DNA from: Tubiluchus corallicola
Lineage: Eukaryota; Animalia; Priapulida
Direction: 5' to 3'
DNA length: 64,000 bases
Assembly (NCBI GenBank): GCA_030141605.1
Contig: JAQGDQ010000945.1
Span: 1 to 64,000, forward strand
The position numbers and the translations under genes are program-made. Below, piece after piece: positions 51,568 through 64,000 of this stretch. Each line of letters starts with the position of its first letter. Position 1 is the stretch's first letter. A model generated the notes under the pieces. That model was not told the DNA's origin. It did no database searches and worked only from the letters and a program-made list of their open reading frames with translations.

Positions 51568-54500
51568 ATGCAGTCAACAACGGGTCACAACGGCAAACTT
51601 ATTGATTTCTTCATTGTTGTTACTGTTTTGTCATTAACATGTTTTATTTTTATGTACGGTTTCACGGAAAATGATGTTTTCATTAAGGCTTCATCACAGT
51701 TAAAACATTCGGGGAAAAAACCGCGTGTGACATTATTCATAGCAGTAGCAAGTGCTTACAGAGATAGATTACATAGGAGAAACATCTTAAGAAGCACGTG
51801 GCTGAACGTCTCTAAAGCCCAAGATGTCAGTTACATGTTCTTTACGGATCACATCAACAACAAAGGCGAAGAAATTAATGAGTTCTACACTCGCGAACTA
51901 AAAGAAGAACAGTCTCTCTACGGAGATCTGGTGTTTACAGATGTGCCATCAGGTCTGAACAATGCCCGGAGATTATTATGGATTATGGATTGGGCTCTAA
52001 TGCGATATGATTTTTCTTACTTTTTAAAGGCCGACGATGATGTATTCATTTGTATGGAGAGACTTCTGTCTGAGCTTCCATTCAGACCTAAGCAACTTCT
52101 TTATTGGGGTTTTGCAAACTGCCGACGAAGGACAGGTAACTAATTCAAGAATAGCATGTAATTCTCCAAAGCACACATTGTTTATGACTTTTTGGTTAGA
52201 TAGTTCAGCGCAGTTGTAAGACACCATGCGTAGGTGATTAATTTTTGTTATTATTCGCCATGATTAATTACGTACACTTAGAGTAGGCGAGCCGTCAATA
52301 GTGTTGTTTTCCTGGTTACTTCTTCTCGAGAGTCGGTTACTGCTAATTCTTTCAGGCCAGAAATCCGACTCATATGCAAAGTCGAGTCGGTCGAGCGGCA
52401 CAGTTATATGGTAGGTCTTCTTACTGTTCTGAATTCTTTCAATGGACGCATCACACGCACATTCTGCATTTCAATGTCAGTTTTAATATCCTATTCAGCG
52501 TAGTTTTCATGGGCGGATTTAGGTTTCTCGGTAATATTTATACGAGGTTTGATCGATGGCTTCATAGAGTTGATCACATTTTTATCAGTAGCAGCAGCAG
52601 AATGTTTATTATCCTCAGTCATACTTGCTGATGGAGGGAAACTGTAACCGTCGCACTGTAAGTGAGGAATGTGCGCATTGAATAATTCTCCACTCTTGCA
52701 GTTTGACCTTGAGCTGACCTTTTCATGCTAGCTATACCAGTTGCAATTGTAACGCTGTTTTTCATGCAGTTTTGTACAAACATTTCGATTTTATTCAATC
52801 GATCTAATATAGAAATTTACTCCAGGTGAGACTGCTGGCACTCTGTCAAAGTCAGTTGCGAAAAATAGTAGCATACGCTATTCCTGATCAGCTTTCTGCA
52901 ATGCGGTAAACACGTCCCCGACATTTAGCCTTTTTTGCGGATTTTAGGAAAGTCCCCTTTCTGGTGATTGTTGTGCGCGATGATATTGCATTTATGTTGT
53001 AGTTGTAGCTACATTTATGTTGTCATCTTTGTAAAAGTTGCAGACAGTGGTTTTAGTGTCCTCGATTGTGTATTTATTCGTGTAATGAATGCTGCAGGAC
53101 ATAATGCACAGGGTTACCACTGGTTTCATCCTCGTCGTCTGACATGTTTCATCAATGGCTCTACACAATAGCCATTCAATCACCTGGCATCCTCGTTGAT
53201 TACCTGCAGTGAATTATCTGCACCAGTACTCTACATGGATACAGATTATAATCGTAATGGTTTTTTCTATTTCTTAAATTTAGGTCACACATTTGAATGA
53301 TAAACGTGCAGTGTCACTAGGCCTTGCTTCAAAATGCTTACACTCATACAAGTTGTATTTATCAACTCACGTTTAAGTTCTACATTTTTAGTAAATCAAC
53401 TGAAAGAAAAACAATAGTACGTTAATCGCCATGTTTTCTCACTGTCTGAGCATATTTTTCTGTCAGCTGATATCACATTAATGCAATCACCAATGTTTAC
53501 TAATGAATTGATTTTGACTTTAAAGCTCTGTTAGCAAGTATTTTGCTTGATCTTGACCTTGAATGATCTTGAAACATTATTTTCTGATAGACCATATGCA
53601 TTTATATCAGCCGGTAACACGTTTATGCCATTTTAAATGTAACCTAGTTGAGTTGTTTTGAGCAGCGTTTGGTGGCCACTTTGAATGTAAAGCCTTATAA
53701 CTTTTTCCTCAAAAATGAATTCCAGGGAATTTTGAATATGTTTTTTGGACTACTTTCTGGGGATTTTGAATACGTTCTTCTGGACGCTTTCTGGATGTCT
53801 GTGCAAAAATTCAGCTTCACATTATTTTTGTCCAGGTCATATGTTTTTTTTTTGGGGGGGGGGGAGAGTAATTTGACTGTACTATAAGTAAAGGTCACAT
53901 CTGCTAGGCATAGTTCGCAGGAAATGGTGCGACTAATTCTTTATTTATTTGATAGCCATTCATTTGTTTTAGCCAAAACAAAATAACAAAAAAGATACGG
54001 CACTATAAACTGACCAGGGAGGCCTTTACAAGGTGAGAAGACCACCGCATGACGTACAAGCCGCCCAAAGTAAAGTGCAGAGTTACATGGTGAATATAGA
54101 TAATAATGAAATGTGACCATAGCACTCTTTTACATGCATTATCACAAAAAGAAAAAACATGTCACTCCAATAGTCATGTCTGTTGCATAACTAACCGAAA
54201 AGAAAATCACAGTCACATTTATAATGTTTTAAAAGTATAGTTCACTCACACAACAATTGGTAATATTACAAGAGAAAGAATATGTGTACAAAAAGAAATT
54301 TTTAATGTATTTTTTAATCCTTGATAAGAATGGGTGAAAACATTATCAATAATTAACTGCGGAGTATTGGACACTAGTGCGTAAATAATATAATCATTTG
54401 AGTTTTCTTTCGGCGAAAACATGTACATGTTCATAAACATGTCGACGTACTGTATTATCTTTATAATGAATATTATACGAGTGAAAACCTGAACCGCTAA

Positions 54501-55732
54501 AAACAGGTATAGCGTAAAAATAGACGGACAGTAAATAATTATATAAATCAGAATAAAAATTTTAATTGTCTCATATTTACAGTATGCTGCTGTTTAAGTA
54601 TAGACATAGGTTTTTAGAAATGGTTCAGCATGCAGGCCAAAGCCTCACGCCAAAGCTGCTCGTTGCTTCGCAACAGGCGCTATATGCAGAGTATGGCCTT
54701 TTTCTGTAATTTAGTTAACCGATTATCATCCCAGTTATCACTCTATCCCTAATTCAATAAATGATAGTTTATTTTTGATATTATTTAAATTAGGATACAA
54801 AATATTAAACAAGCTCATTTACGGGTAGCGTGCGTTTATACCTGTTCGCTATTCCTTTAACTCGAAAATTTGACGGGCAAAAGCATTAATCCAAGTGAGC
54901 TGCTCATTTAGAAGAAGTCTAAGAAATGAAAATGTTTTTACTTGTTCCAGCGCAATACATTCAATAGACAAATTCAATGATAATTCGGGGTGAAAACCAT
55001 AAATCTGCTCAGCCACATTTAGAGACAATAAGTTCAACATTTCACTTGAGTTGAGATAATTTCTGAATTGCTATCAAATTGATCCAAATCAGGTAATAAA
55101 GATATCATCTGCAAACGTGAGCGTGTTAAAAGTAGAAATAGTCCAGTGTAAATCATTAAAATATATGATGAACACACCAACAACTTTTTGTACTGAGGTC
55201 CGTTTGTGACTTTCTAGAGCATATTCTCATTACTTTTGCAGGTGGTACTTTCATAGACGAACATTTTTTGTTACTGAGCGTAGATCTTGTGAAGGTTTTA
55301 TTAGCCCAACATCAGAGAAACGAATTACAGTGCACGGATTACGCCGGGTTTTCCTTGGGGTCGTGGCTAAGTTCCTGGGAACGAAAGACGCACAAGAAAA
55401 TTAATTTTTTTGCTGACAACTCTCGCCATTACTCGAACACTAAAACACATTTTTCCATAAGTGGTAGGAATATACAAACATATGCTGATCTGTGTGCTAA
55501 ATACGTAAGTGTTCATCGATGGTCTTTGAAAGAAGAGATAGGTCTAATATGGAGTACTAGAAGGAATACGGCGCATAGTTATGCTGTGCCTCGGTTAAGT
55601 GAAAAAGTGTGCAGTTGGAAAAAGAGAGGTAACTTTATCCTTGATCGAGAACAGCAGCGACAACCCTGTCAAACTGCTGTCTTTGAAAGTAAATCAGACA
55701 TATGGTTAGGATGGAATCCCGTCTGGACATAA
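51568..55732 (+). CDS. GT31-family beta-1,3-galactosyltransferase-like type II membrane protein, 352 aa, 2 exons
   Basis: Exons 51568-52135 and 55242-55732 joined by a phase-1 GT-AG intron (1059 nt). Signal anchor FFIVVTVLSLTCFIFMYGF. GT31 motifs LFIAVASA, RRNILRSTW, LKEEQSLYGDL, YFLKADDDVF (DxD), LYWG, LLSVDLV, LGSWL and VSVH. Confidence 0.88.
52300..53120 (-). mobile_element. Decayed non-LTR retrotransposon ORF1 (CR1/L2-group type) in the GT31 intron
   Basis: Colinear fragments in mixed frames: TVCNFYKDDNINVA; DVFTALQKADQE*RMLLFFATDFDRVPAVSP..ILDRLNKIE; KTYHITVPLDRLDFAYESDFWPERI. These fit the FY.xDEI..AK, FVA.DL.RLP and SF.V.VP...FWP.GI pattern of this ORF1 class. Confidence 0.65.
54860..55200 (-). 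mobile_element. Decayed LINE reverse-transcriptase fragment (CR1/L2 group)
   Basis: FIIYFNDL...FADD at ~55175-55104, then NLLSLNV and VKTFSFLRLLLNEQLTW, corresponding to LFLIYINDL, FADDT, NKLSLN and KFLGVxIDExLTW. Confidence 0.8.
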
Positions 55733-57732
55733 TGGAATAGAAGCATCACTTGACTCTAGTTGAGCAAGACAGAGCGTGGCAAAATGGCAGCAAATCATAT
55801 GCGGCATGGGATGGAAATTTAGGCTAGCATAGGGCCCTCAAGATTGGGGGCACTCAAGGTTTGGAAACATTTGTTGAAAAATCTGTTTTTTTCACCAAGG
55901 TTGTGTTGAAATATGTGCTAATTTGGTTTGCGATAAATAATAAAAGTAATATTTCTGACAAACAAAAGACAGCTATTCTAGTTCATGTCAGGAATTTGCA
56001 ATAAGTTTCCTTCAAGCTATGTAAATGTAGCTAAAATATATCACCAATGAAAAATATTCAAGACATTTGCAGGCGAGTTAGAGGATGCCTCTGTCTGATG
56101 AGCTCCATAATTTCATTAGCAAAGGTACCCCGAAAAGTCACAATCCGACCCTGGAAATACCACTTGGAAACAGATGAGAGGTGATCGTGTTTTGCATGGA
56201 AATACTGTTTGGAAGCAATTTCATGTATTGCTCGAATAACTAACGCACCATTGAAAGTAAGTCAGACACGACTTAAGACTTACGATGGAAATACCTACTT
56301 AGTAGCAAATATGGCTCTGCTGAGATGGTATTACCACATGGAAAGCAGTCACAATTTTGTTATAAGACGAAAACAACACACGAAAAAAAATCAAAGCTCT
56401 AAAAGATTTGGCAAAATACAAATACGACTGACGGATTAAGGCGTGAAAGTTCAGCTTTTCTTTATGCAAACTTAAAAGTTGCAGAATTAAACTATTAAAT
56501 CATGGTACAATAATTCTAAAACAAAAAACAAAATAGCCCGCTCTACACACATTAAAAATATTAGAAATATTTGTAATATTCTCGATATATTGCAGAATTA
56601 CTCTAGATATAATGCTGATCAAAATAAAAGTTAATCAGGATTTGTGAAGACCACAAATGGTAAAGGAAAGAAAAGGAAACAATCACACCAGGAATTTCGT
56701 TAGAATGGAACTCTCGCTATGAAAGTCAGCATCATCATCACCACTCGGAAACTGAAAAACAGCGATTTGAGAACGTCCTGGTTTTCAATTTGCAAACTCA
56801 CTTTGTAACGATTTAGCACAAACAAGGAAAAGTGAACCATCAAAGAAGAGATAAGCTAGTAAAATAAAAAGTATAAACACATGTTTCTGCGTGCTTAACG
56901 CTTCTATTAAAGCTCAGATATACAAGAAATAATTTGGCTTTCATCATTAGTGAGAAAAACTAATACGTAAGTTCTGTAATAATACAATTTTAAGAAGTGC
57001 AATTTAACTGTCTTAACACATCGCTAATATATGAGAAACTCAAAATAATAAATAAAAGTTATAACGACTTTGCAATTTTAGCTTTGGTTAAAACTGCAAT
57101 CATCATGTGCTAAGTGCGACAATGTGTAAAGCTACAAGTAAAAAAATGCAGATAAAAGTTAACGTACTGAAAATGCGCTTGAAGAGGCAAATTGTCCACA
57201 GAAGATGATATGAAATTTTAAAGAATTTTTTTTTACAGTTTAAACTTGTCAGTGTATGTATTATAATTATGTAATTGTTTTGTTGACGCACTTTGTGTGC
57301 AACGTGTCGTCGAGCTGGAAATACAGAAAAAACTTAATACCACAAACAAAAAAATTCACAAACAAAACTGTAACATTCGGTCCTATAAAAAAACATTACG
57401 TCATAACGTAGGTTAATTACACTTGAAAAATTGAAAAAGTTTTTACGAAAAATGATGGGACTAATATTTTGTCTGGGAGCTATTATCAATCGGACTGACA
57501 ATATTAAAAATTCTGTGAAATGTTGCTATTTGGAATCTTGAAATTGAAGTTGGCAGTGCTCTTCATAAGGGTCATCTCTGCTTCTCTTTTAACACCATTA
57601 CGCATGGTGTTAATGTGTAACAACACAATTTTCTGTAGCTCAAAATCTACGCAACATGATCTTATCTGGTTTTAAAGTGCAGTAGCATAACACTTGTTTA
57701 TTAAAAAATCAATAGCAACGCAGAATTCTTCG

Positions 57733-58600
57733 TTATCTCCGTCTATAGTATCTTCTCGTGTAGTGATCGTAACGCGGTGGATACGGATACAGCAATTCTG
57801 GATAGAATGGTTTGTGTACTCTGTCCAGAACATCCTTTATATAACCCCAAGGCGTCTTGATTTTGCCAATGTCAAACCGTTCTCCGTGCATGTATGGTTG
57901 TCCATTATCGTCGTAACTGCCTCTGCAGAGCACTATCATCTGAAAACGCGCGGAGAATTCAAATTTTTACTTGCAAATTACAATGAAGTGAATACATGAA
58001 CGTTTTTTCTTGTTCTGCTAACAATCACCACCTTTCCGTCATCATCAACACAACCACCGCCACTGCCATCTTCATTATCATGATGGCCAACATCAACATC
58101 ATCATTAAGATGATAAAATGTCCACCGTGTCTACTTCGAAGTTAGCATAATTTATTATAACCCTTTATTAGGCCTTCCAATAAGTAATGAAAAAGAAAAA
58201 ACGCAATAGGAGAAAAGGAAAAAAAATCAAGTGTTCTACAGAACAATAGAATTCAGCTCCGTTCGTCTATTGTAGCTGCACGAAGTTAGAATATAGTTAC
58301 ATGTAATCACTTAGAAAATCTAAAATCTAAAATCTAAAATATAAAAATAAAAAATATAAATAAAATAAAATATATAAATATAAAATTTAAAAATATTCGT
58401 TCAAATTAATAACGTATAACATGTTTAGCCTTGATTATAAATAGCAGTTAATCGACTAATAATAAGCAAAAAACTATGCCATCATCTCACTTACGTAAAA
58501 AATAAGCATTTTAAACTAATAGCAGTTACTTTTTCGAGTACCAGAGTATAGTGACCAAACTTACTCCCAAAAGGATTAGGCAAATTATCTTCAAGTTCAT
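57733..58600 (-). CDS. Small secreted Tyr/Arg/Pro-rich peptide, 80 aa, 2 coding exons, no recognised family
   Basis: Exon 58565-58600 (MNLKIICLILLG, donor GGA|gtaagt) joins exon 57733-57939 (acceptor ttttcag|ATG) to give MNLKIICLILLGMIVLCRG-SYDDNGQPYMHGERFDIGKIKTPWGYIKDVLDRVHKPFYPELLYPYPPRYDHYTRRYYRRR*. The splice builds a signal peptide. In-frame stop upstream of the ATG. AATAAA at 57697-57702, ~30 nt after the stop. Confidence 0.72.
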
Positions 58601-59313
58601 CTCGGATTATCGTTCTTGTATCAGCCGGCTTAGTACAGGCACTGCTTTAGCTCACAAACTCATAGCATCTGCAAAATTCTCCTGTACCTGAATAATTTCT
58701 CATTCACACTCCATTGCATGACCTAGTCCCGATGACATTTAAACTCTTCTACCATTCAAACTTACGAAGGTGTGAGGCTATAATTAGAGAAAATGAACAA
58801 TAGTCTGAGTTCAACCTATAGAGTAGTGCCTAATTGTAAAGGAGAGAAATATAGTAAAGTAATGCATGAACGAACAAGTGTACCATAACGATCACTCACA
58901 TCTTTAATAATTAGATATTCGGCAAATTGTATACCACTAATTTCAAATTCAAACTGCATATAAATTTAATAAGCAAAAGATTAATTTTAAATTAAAACTT
59001 AGCAAAAAAAAACTTAAAACTTGAAAACTAAGGATACACGGATAGGCACTTCAAGCGTAAATTAGACAAAATTATTTATTTACGAAAACATTTAAAACGA
59101 GAGTAACGCCATGACCGTTTTTGCACGTGATTATACCTGGTTGAGTGTAGTCCCAGTTCTACCAGTGTCTCAGCCCCTACCCCAAATGTCTTCCCTGCAG
59201 TTTCTGATTGTACAAAAAGCTATTCAGTGTTATGTATTGTGGCTCCTATGCCCATACGCTCCTTGAAGAATACCGGCTTTAAGAGGATAGGTGCACATCT
59301 ACCCCACATTGCC

Positions 59314-59762
<449 letters not shown>

Positions 59763-60949
59763 AAACTAACAGGTCTAAACACATAATACTTACAAAGGAA
59801 ATTGACTTTAATTCAAAGGAGGAGTTGAATGACACTAGAAAAACTGGCCAATATACAGTGTAATTGACCCTTTGACCGAGGTCACTGTTAACATCACCGT
59901 TTTCAAGGCCCCTTCCCGGAGTATCAACGGGAAATATCGCAATATCGCAAAGTAGAATAAAATTGCTTATATAATACTTTAGATTTTCACTCGTTTTGTT
60001 GCATGTCCTCGCAAAAGAACTGGAAATTGGTCACAGTCAAGTTGAGCACTCCGATCATTTGTTCTAAAATTCATTTTGACTATTTAATAAAAAATAATGC
60101 TAAAAATTTCCATTTACATACATACTTACAATCCTAGTTTAATCAGTAAGAAACAAAGCTAATCAATTAATCAATTTTGTATAAAAAGGACCGTAATCAG
60201 ACGAGGAAAATAATTAACACTCATTACGAGCATGTCAAAAATTTTAGTTTAATTTTGTCTAGATTATACTGCATATAATCTGCACGACAAGAACATTTTT
60301 AGCTTCACATAATTTTTGGACAAATTTCCTTATTTCCTTATACAGAGAAAAAGAATAGTAAATAAATGAATAAATAATGACTGTCTTTTTATTGCAGATT
60401 TAAACAAAGTTATCTGGTTATCGCCTTCTTTGTTAGTTTAGTTTAAACTTTATTTATTTTAAGTGAATTTACAAAACAGACTACGCGTAATACAAGTATC
60501 TTCACGATACCAGTGCTAAGTGCAAGGTGCTAATAAAACAATAATGGGCGTTACAACCAATCTAACACTTCTTTAGATCAAATAAGCGGCTCACATACAA
60601 TTTGGAGAAAATGCTTTAAGCTTCTATACTGAACTGAAGCTAAACAGTTTACATGTTAATTCGTAAAAACAACATTTAAATAACAGCAGTAATAATAAGA
60701 TACATTTGCAAAGTAAGTCGCTCAGTGAACATCTTATAGTGCGTTCTATTGCGACAGGTCAATTTAATAAACTGCTGTAATAATTTGTGTAGAATATAGC
60801 AAGATTCGTCACCAGTTTTGAATTTTTCAAATACTTTTGTGTATAGAACTGCGAGATTATAATTTTGTTTAGGCTTTACGCGTTACAATCTCTTTCTTTT
60901 TGTCTTATTATAATTATTGGTCCTGATTTTCGATGATTTACAAAACGTA

Positions 60950-61500
60950 ATTGCATGCAGACGCTGGGCGCTTTGGTGTATCATCTTAGGCTTTATACTA
61001 TAATAGCTTTTCTATAAAAATGAGACATGCCACACGCCAGAAGCACTACAACAGGTTCCTGAGACATTATTATACGCAACACGTATTTTGTTTAAGACTT
61101 GTTTATAGTCTTAAACTATCAGTCTTATACTAGTATAGCCTAGTGGTAATACGTCCGGTTTCCGTCTGAGAGGTCGTGAGTTGAATACTGCGGCCGGGGA
61201 ATACCAAAGACTTTAAAAGTGCTACCTGCTGTTACCTTGCTTGTCGCATGATATTTAGGGTAAAGCATATACAGTCGGCAGTTAATTGTTCAGCCACAAA
61301 CCGACTTTATAATTATAAGACAATATTATCAAATTTCGTCGTTAACATGGACGGGTTTTTCGATTAATGAGTTAATGCGTGCGTAGAATAGGTGCGTATC
61401 ATTTTTGTCGTCCGCATAGTCAGCCAAATCAGAACAAATTACATAACCTAAATATTTTTTCTTATGAACTAACACGCAATGTATGTGAAACCAAGGGGAC
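60950..61500 (-). mobile_element. Decayed LINE RT C-terminal region interrupted by SINE copy 3
   Basis: KKKYLGYVICSDLAD...LFYARINSLI (61480-61360) continues on the far side of the SINE as NKIRVAYNN...CSASG (~61095-61035). This matches the KYLG..I..DL.D..., YAR.N.L, LRVAYNN and CSAS motif order. Confidence 0.7.
61131..61320 (+). mobile_element. tRNA-derived SINE, copy 3 (internally deleted 3' half)
   Basis: A box TAGCCTAGTGGT, then TTTCCGTCTGAGAGGTCGTGAGTTGAATACTGCGGCCG and ATACCAAAGACTTTAAAAGTGCTACCTGCTG, homologous to copies 1 and 2. Confidence 0.8.
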
Positions 61501-62710
61501 AGTTCGCTGTTTCCAACAGTAACAACATTATTTAGTCCACGTGAAAGAAATTTCAAGAATTTACTTATGTTATGTAATTAAATTAGATATTATGTCTGGT
61601 AGCAAAATTATTACAACAGTCTAAGACAATTATTGCAACAATTATTACAATAGAGAAGATTTCCATACAAATCTCTTAACGTAAAGTGTGTAAAAATACC
61701 TCCAGTTAAATGTAGTCGTGGAAAAAGTAATAAAATGTGCTTAATGATTATTTTAAGATTCATTATTAATTTACTTTCTCCCAGGCTTATTTAATCGTTC
61801 TTTACAAACAGTGAAAGACGAATAGATTACACTTGAAGGCTTTTAATAAAATCCAGGGAAATTAACACGTGAGATGAACCGTAAAGACAAATGAAATGCG
61901 AGCAAATGTTTGATATTAAAACCGACTGTAGTGATTTGCAGTAATCTGTAATAGCCTGCTGTGAAATTTGGGGTAGACCTATAAATGTATTTCAATGATT
62001 GCAGTAATAATTTGTGGTGTGAGGCAACAAAGGTTGTACATAATGTGTCAGAAACACCGTTTCCGCGTCACAAACACCAAATGCTCTACCAGTCACGGAG
62101 TTTTTAGATCTGTATCTAATACAAATAGTCACACACAGCCAGAAAGACCACAGCGGATACTGGACTTTACGTGACTGCTTTTCGCACGTGGTCCCAGAAA
62201 ATCTGCATTGCCAGGATCCTGATTTATTATGCAATGTAAGCATAATATGTAACCGCCTTGTATCTATCTTTCGTTACCGTCTGCTAGCACATCAAAGCCC
62301 CGACTAAGCTCCTTTTGTTGTGTACATAGGCCCTAATTATGTGTTTCTAGTGACATTGAAGTCCCTATATGTTTTGTTGTGTCCATGTGTAGATATTGTG
62401 TAGATATCTAGATGTTGTGCAAAGGAGGCACAAGTGGACAAAGTCATTAAAGGGGAAGGAAAAGTTATTTTAAAGTACATCCCAGAGACTTTCCATACAA
62501 GGTTATATTATTACGAGGCAGTACGCTTACCTGATAGAAAGACTGTGTAACGGGAAAAAATCTTAATACTTTCTTAATACGTGAGGTAAAACGGCAGTGT
62601 ATCGCCTACACAGTGGCAACACTGACTCAGCAAAGAGAATTATTGATTTTACTGACAATATAAAGTAATTAAACCTTTGCTTAGCTAGCGAAGATTCCGC
62701 CTATTGTGGG

Positions 62711-63340
62711 AATTTTGTACGCCAGAGTCGCCAATATATGGTGTCCCCACCTAATGAGAGATATCGACATTATTGAAAACGTGCATAGGTTATTTCACTA
62801 GAAGATTGTCATAGGAGAGTCGTGAATTTCTTGCTATGTCTTACTATAACAGACTTTTAGCTTTGCATATGTTGTCAATAGATGAGAGAAAAATTCATTA
62901 TGATCTAAAATGAGCTACAATATTATTCATAGGAAAGATGACTTAGATGTAAATGAATCTTTTACTCGTGCTCTCAGAATTTCTAGGCGTCATTGCCAGA
63001 ACTTTATGTGAATGGATCTGTATTGTCTTAGTAACTCAACATTCGTTTACCAATAGAGTAGTCAAGTACTGTACTCTTTCTGAACATGTAAATGGGTCTC
63101 CTCTGGAAAATGCTGCTTCCAGTAAACTATTTAGTCAAACATTAATGATATTGACTTTTCACCACATTTATATTTTTGCAGGCGCATGTAAATAGTTATT
63201 TTACTCTTATTATCTCTTCCTTACCGTTTTAAGCTTATCTCGCTTATTATTGTATATCTTTTATTGTTTTGTGCAGTTAATTACATACCATTATTACACA
63301 GTTTATTACATAGTTTAATAAAAAAATAAATAAAAAAGAA
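62711..63340 (+). mobile_element. 5'-truncated CR1-type LINE (ORF2 C-terminus, 3'UTR, A-rich tail)
   Basis: Frameshifted FVR..., IWCPHLMRDIDIIENVHR, FTRRL, MSYYNRLLALHMLSIDERKIHYDL, YNIIH, HSFTNRVVKY. Ends AATAAAAAAATAAATAAAAAA. Confidence 0.85.
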
Positions 63341-64000
63341 GAGTGTGTTAGGAATGCTCTGATTATTTTTTACTTTACTCAAAATCATCTAACTTGTTTC
63401 AAACGATTTACCGTTAAAATGGCTGCGCCTAACAGTCACCATAGAGTTTAAATTTTCAAATTTTATGCAGCGTTACTGTTAACTCAAGCCGTATATGTAA
63501 GAAGACTGCATGTAAGTCTAATGCAATTTCAAAGTTAAACTTTATTTATGAAGAGTGTTTTTGTGTTTTAAAAGCGAAAAGCGAGAAGCGCTGTCTCGTA
63601 TCTTTTCCACAGAGTAAACAAAGCTGCTATAGGTATAATCATTATGCAAGTACGTAACTACATCTTGTAAGTCACCAAATAGATAAAATGCTAACGTACA
63701 ATGTTTGCCCTTTAACTTTATCACGATATTTTTAAAAGTTCCCAGGTTTCTGCCAAGGCCCTATTTTTCAGCATCCTTTTTAATTGCTATCTTATTATTA
63801 TTGCTAACTTTCACTATGAAAAATTGTATAAATTCAATTGTGCTACTGTCACGGATGTACAAGTGTAGAGCAGGATATGGCTGGCATCAGCTGTCTGTAT
63901 TGGCAGACAAGCTCACGAACTAAAAATGTGAAAGTCACCAGCATTATTATCTATTTGTACATAAATTGCATTTATTTTTATTTAATTGTGATTTTTAATA

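Noticed and set aside
56085-56145. Hammerhead-ribozyme-like CTGATGAG...CGAAA..GTC
   Set aside because: Stem II cannot pair and stem III is too short; similar partial cores at ~26255 and ~30075 (minus) also fail.
56209-56439. Possible Gypsy protease remnant (SCI...LKVSQTRLKTYDG)
   Set aside because: No D(T/S)G catalytic motif, LTR or adjacent RT is visible; too weak to call.
58495-58509. Alternative first coding exon MLIFY|gtaagt for the peptide gene
   Set aside because: In phase, but gives only a 12-aa leader, a much poorer signal peptide than MNLKIICLILLG; cannot be fully excluded as a minor isoform.
61992-62243. 83-aa minus-strand ORF with an EGF-like GSWQCRFSGTTCE segment
   Set aside because: Cys spacing is incomplete and no convincing splice partners were found.

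Overview
AT-rich animal (invertebrate) genomic DNA with spliceosomal GT-AG introns; a cnidarian/hydrozoan origin is plausible but is inference only. Five protein-coding loci were assembled by hand from splice sites and reading frames: (1) the last 6 exons of CoA synthase (COASY, +); (2) a complete 5-exon UBE2G2 (-); (3) a 26-exon, ~1960-aa MyRIP/melanophilin-like Rab effector (+) that also carries two I-set Ig domains and a Pro/Val/Ser/Lys repeat array; (4) a 2-exon GT31 beta-1,3-galactosyltransferase-like gene (+); (5) a small 80-aa secreted Tyr/Arg/Pro-rich orphan peptide gene (-) whose signal-peptide exon is missed by the ORF track. Introns and intergenic DNA hold a pogo/Tigger element nested inside another, hAT and Harbinger-like MITEs, three copies of one tRNA-derived SINE with (TTA)n tails, a 5S-rRNA-like relic, and several decayed non-LTR retrotransposon ORF1/RT fragments, including a PHD + coiled-coil + 3xCCCH relic. 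No CRISPR array, intact rRNA or intact tRNA was found. Family assignments come from recognised motifs, not database searches.
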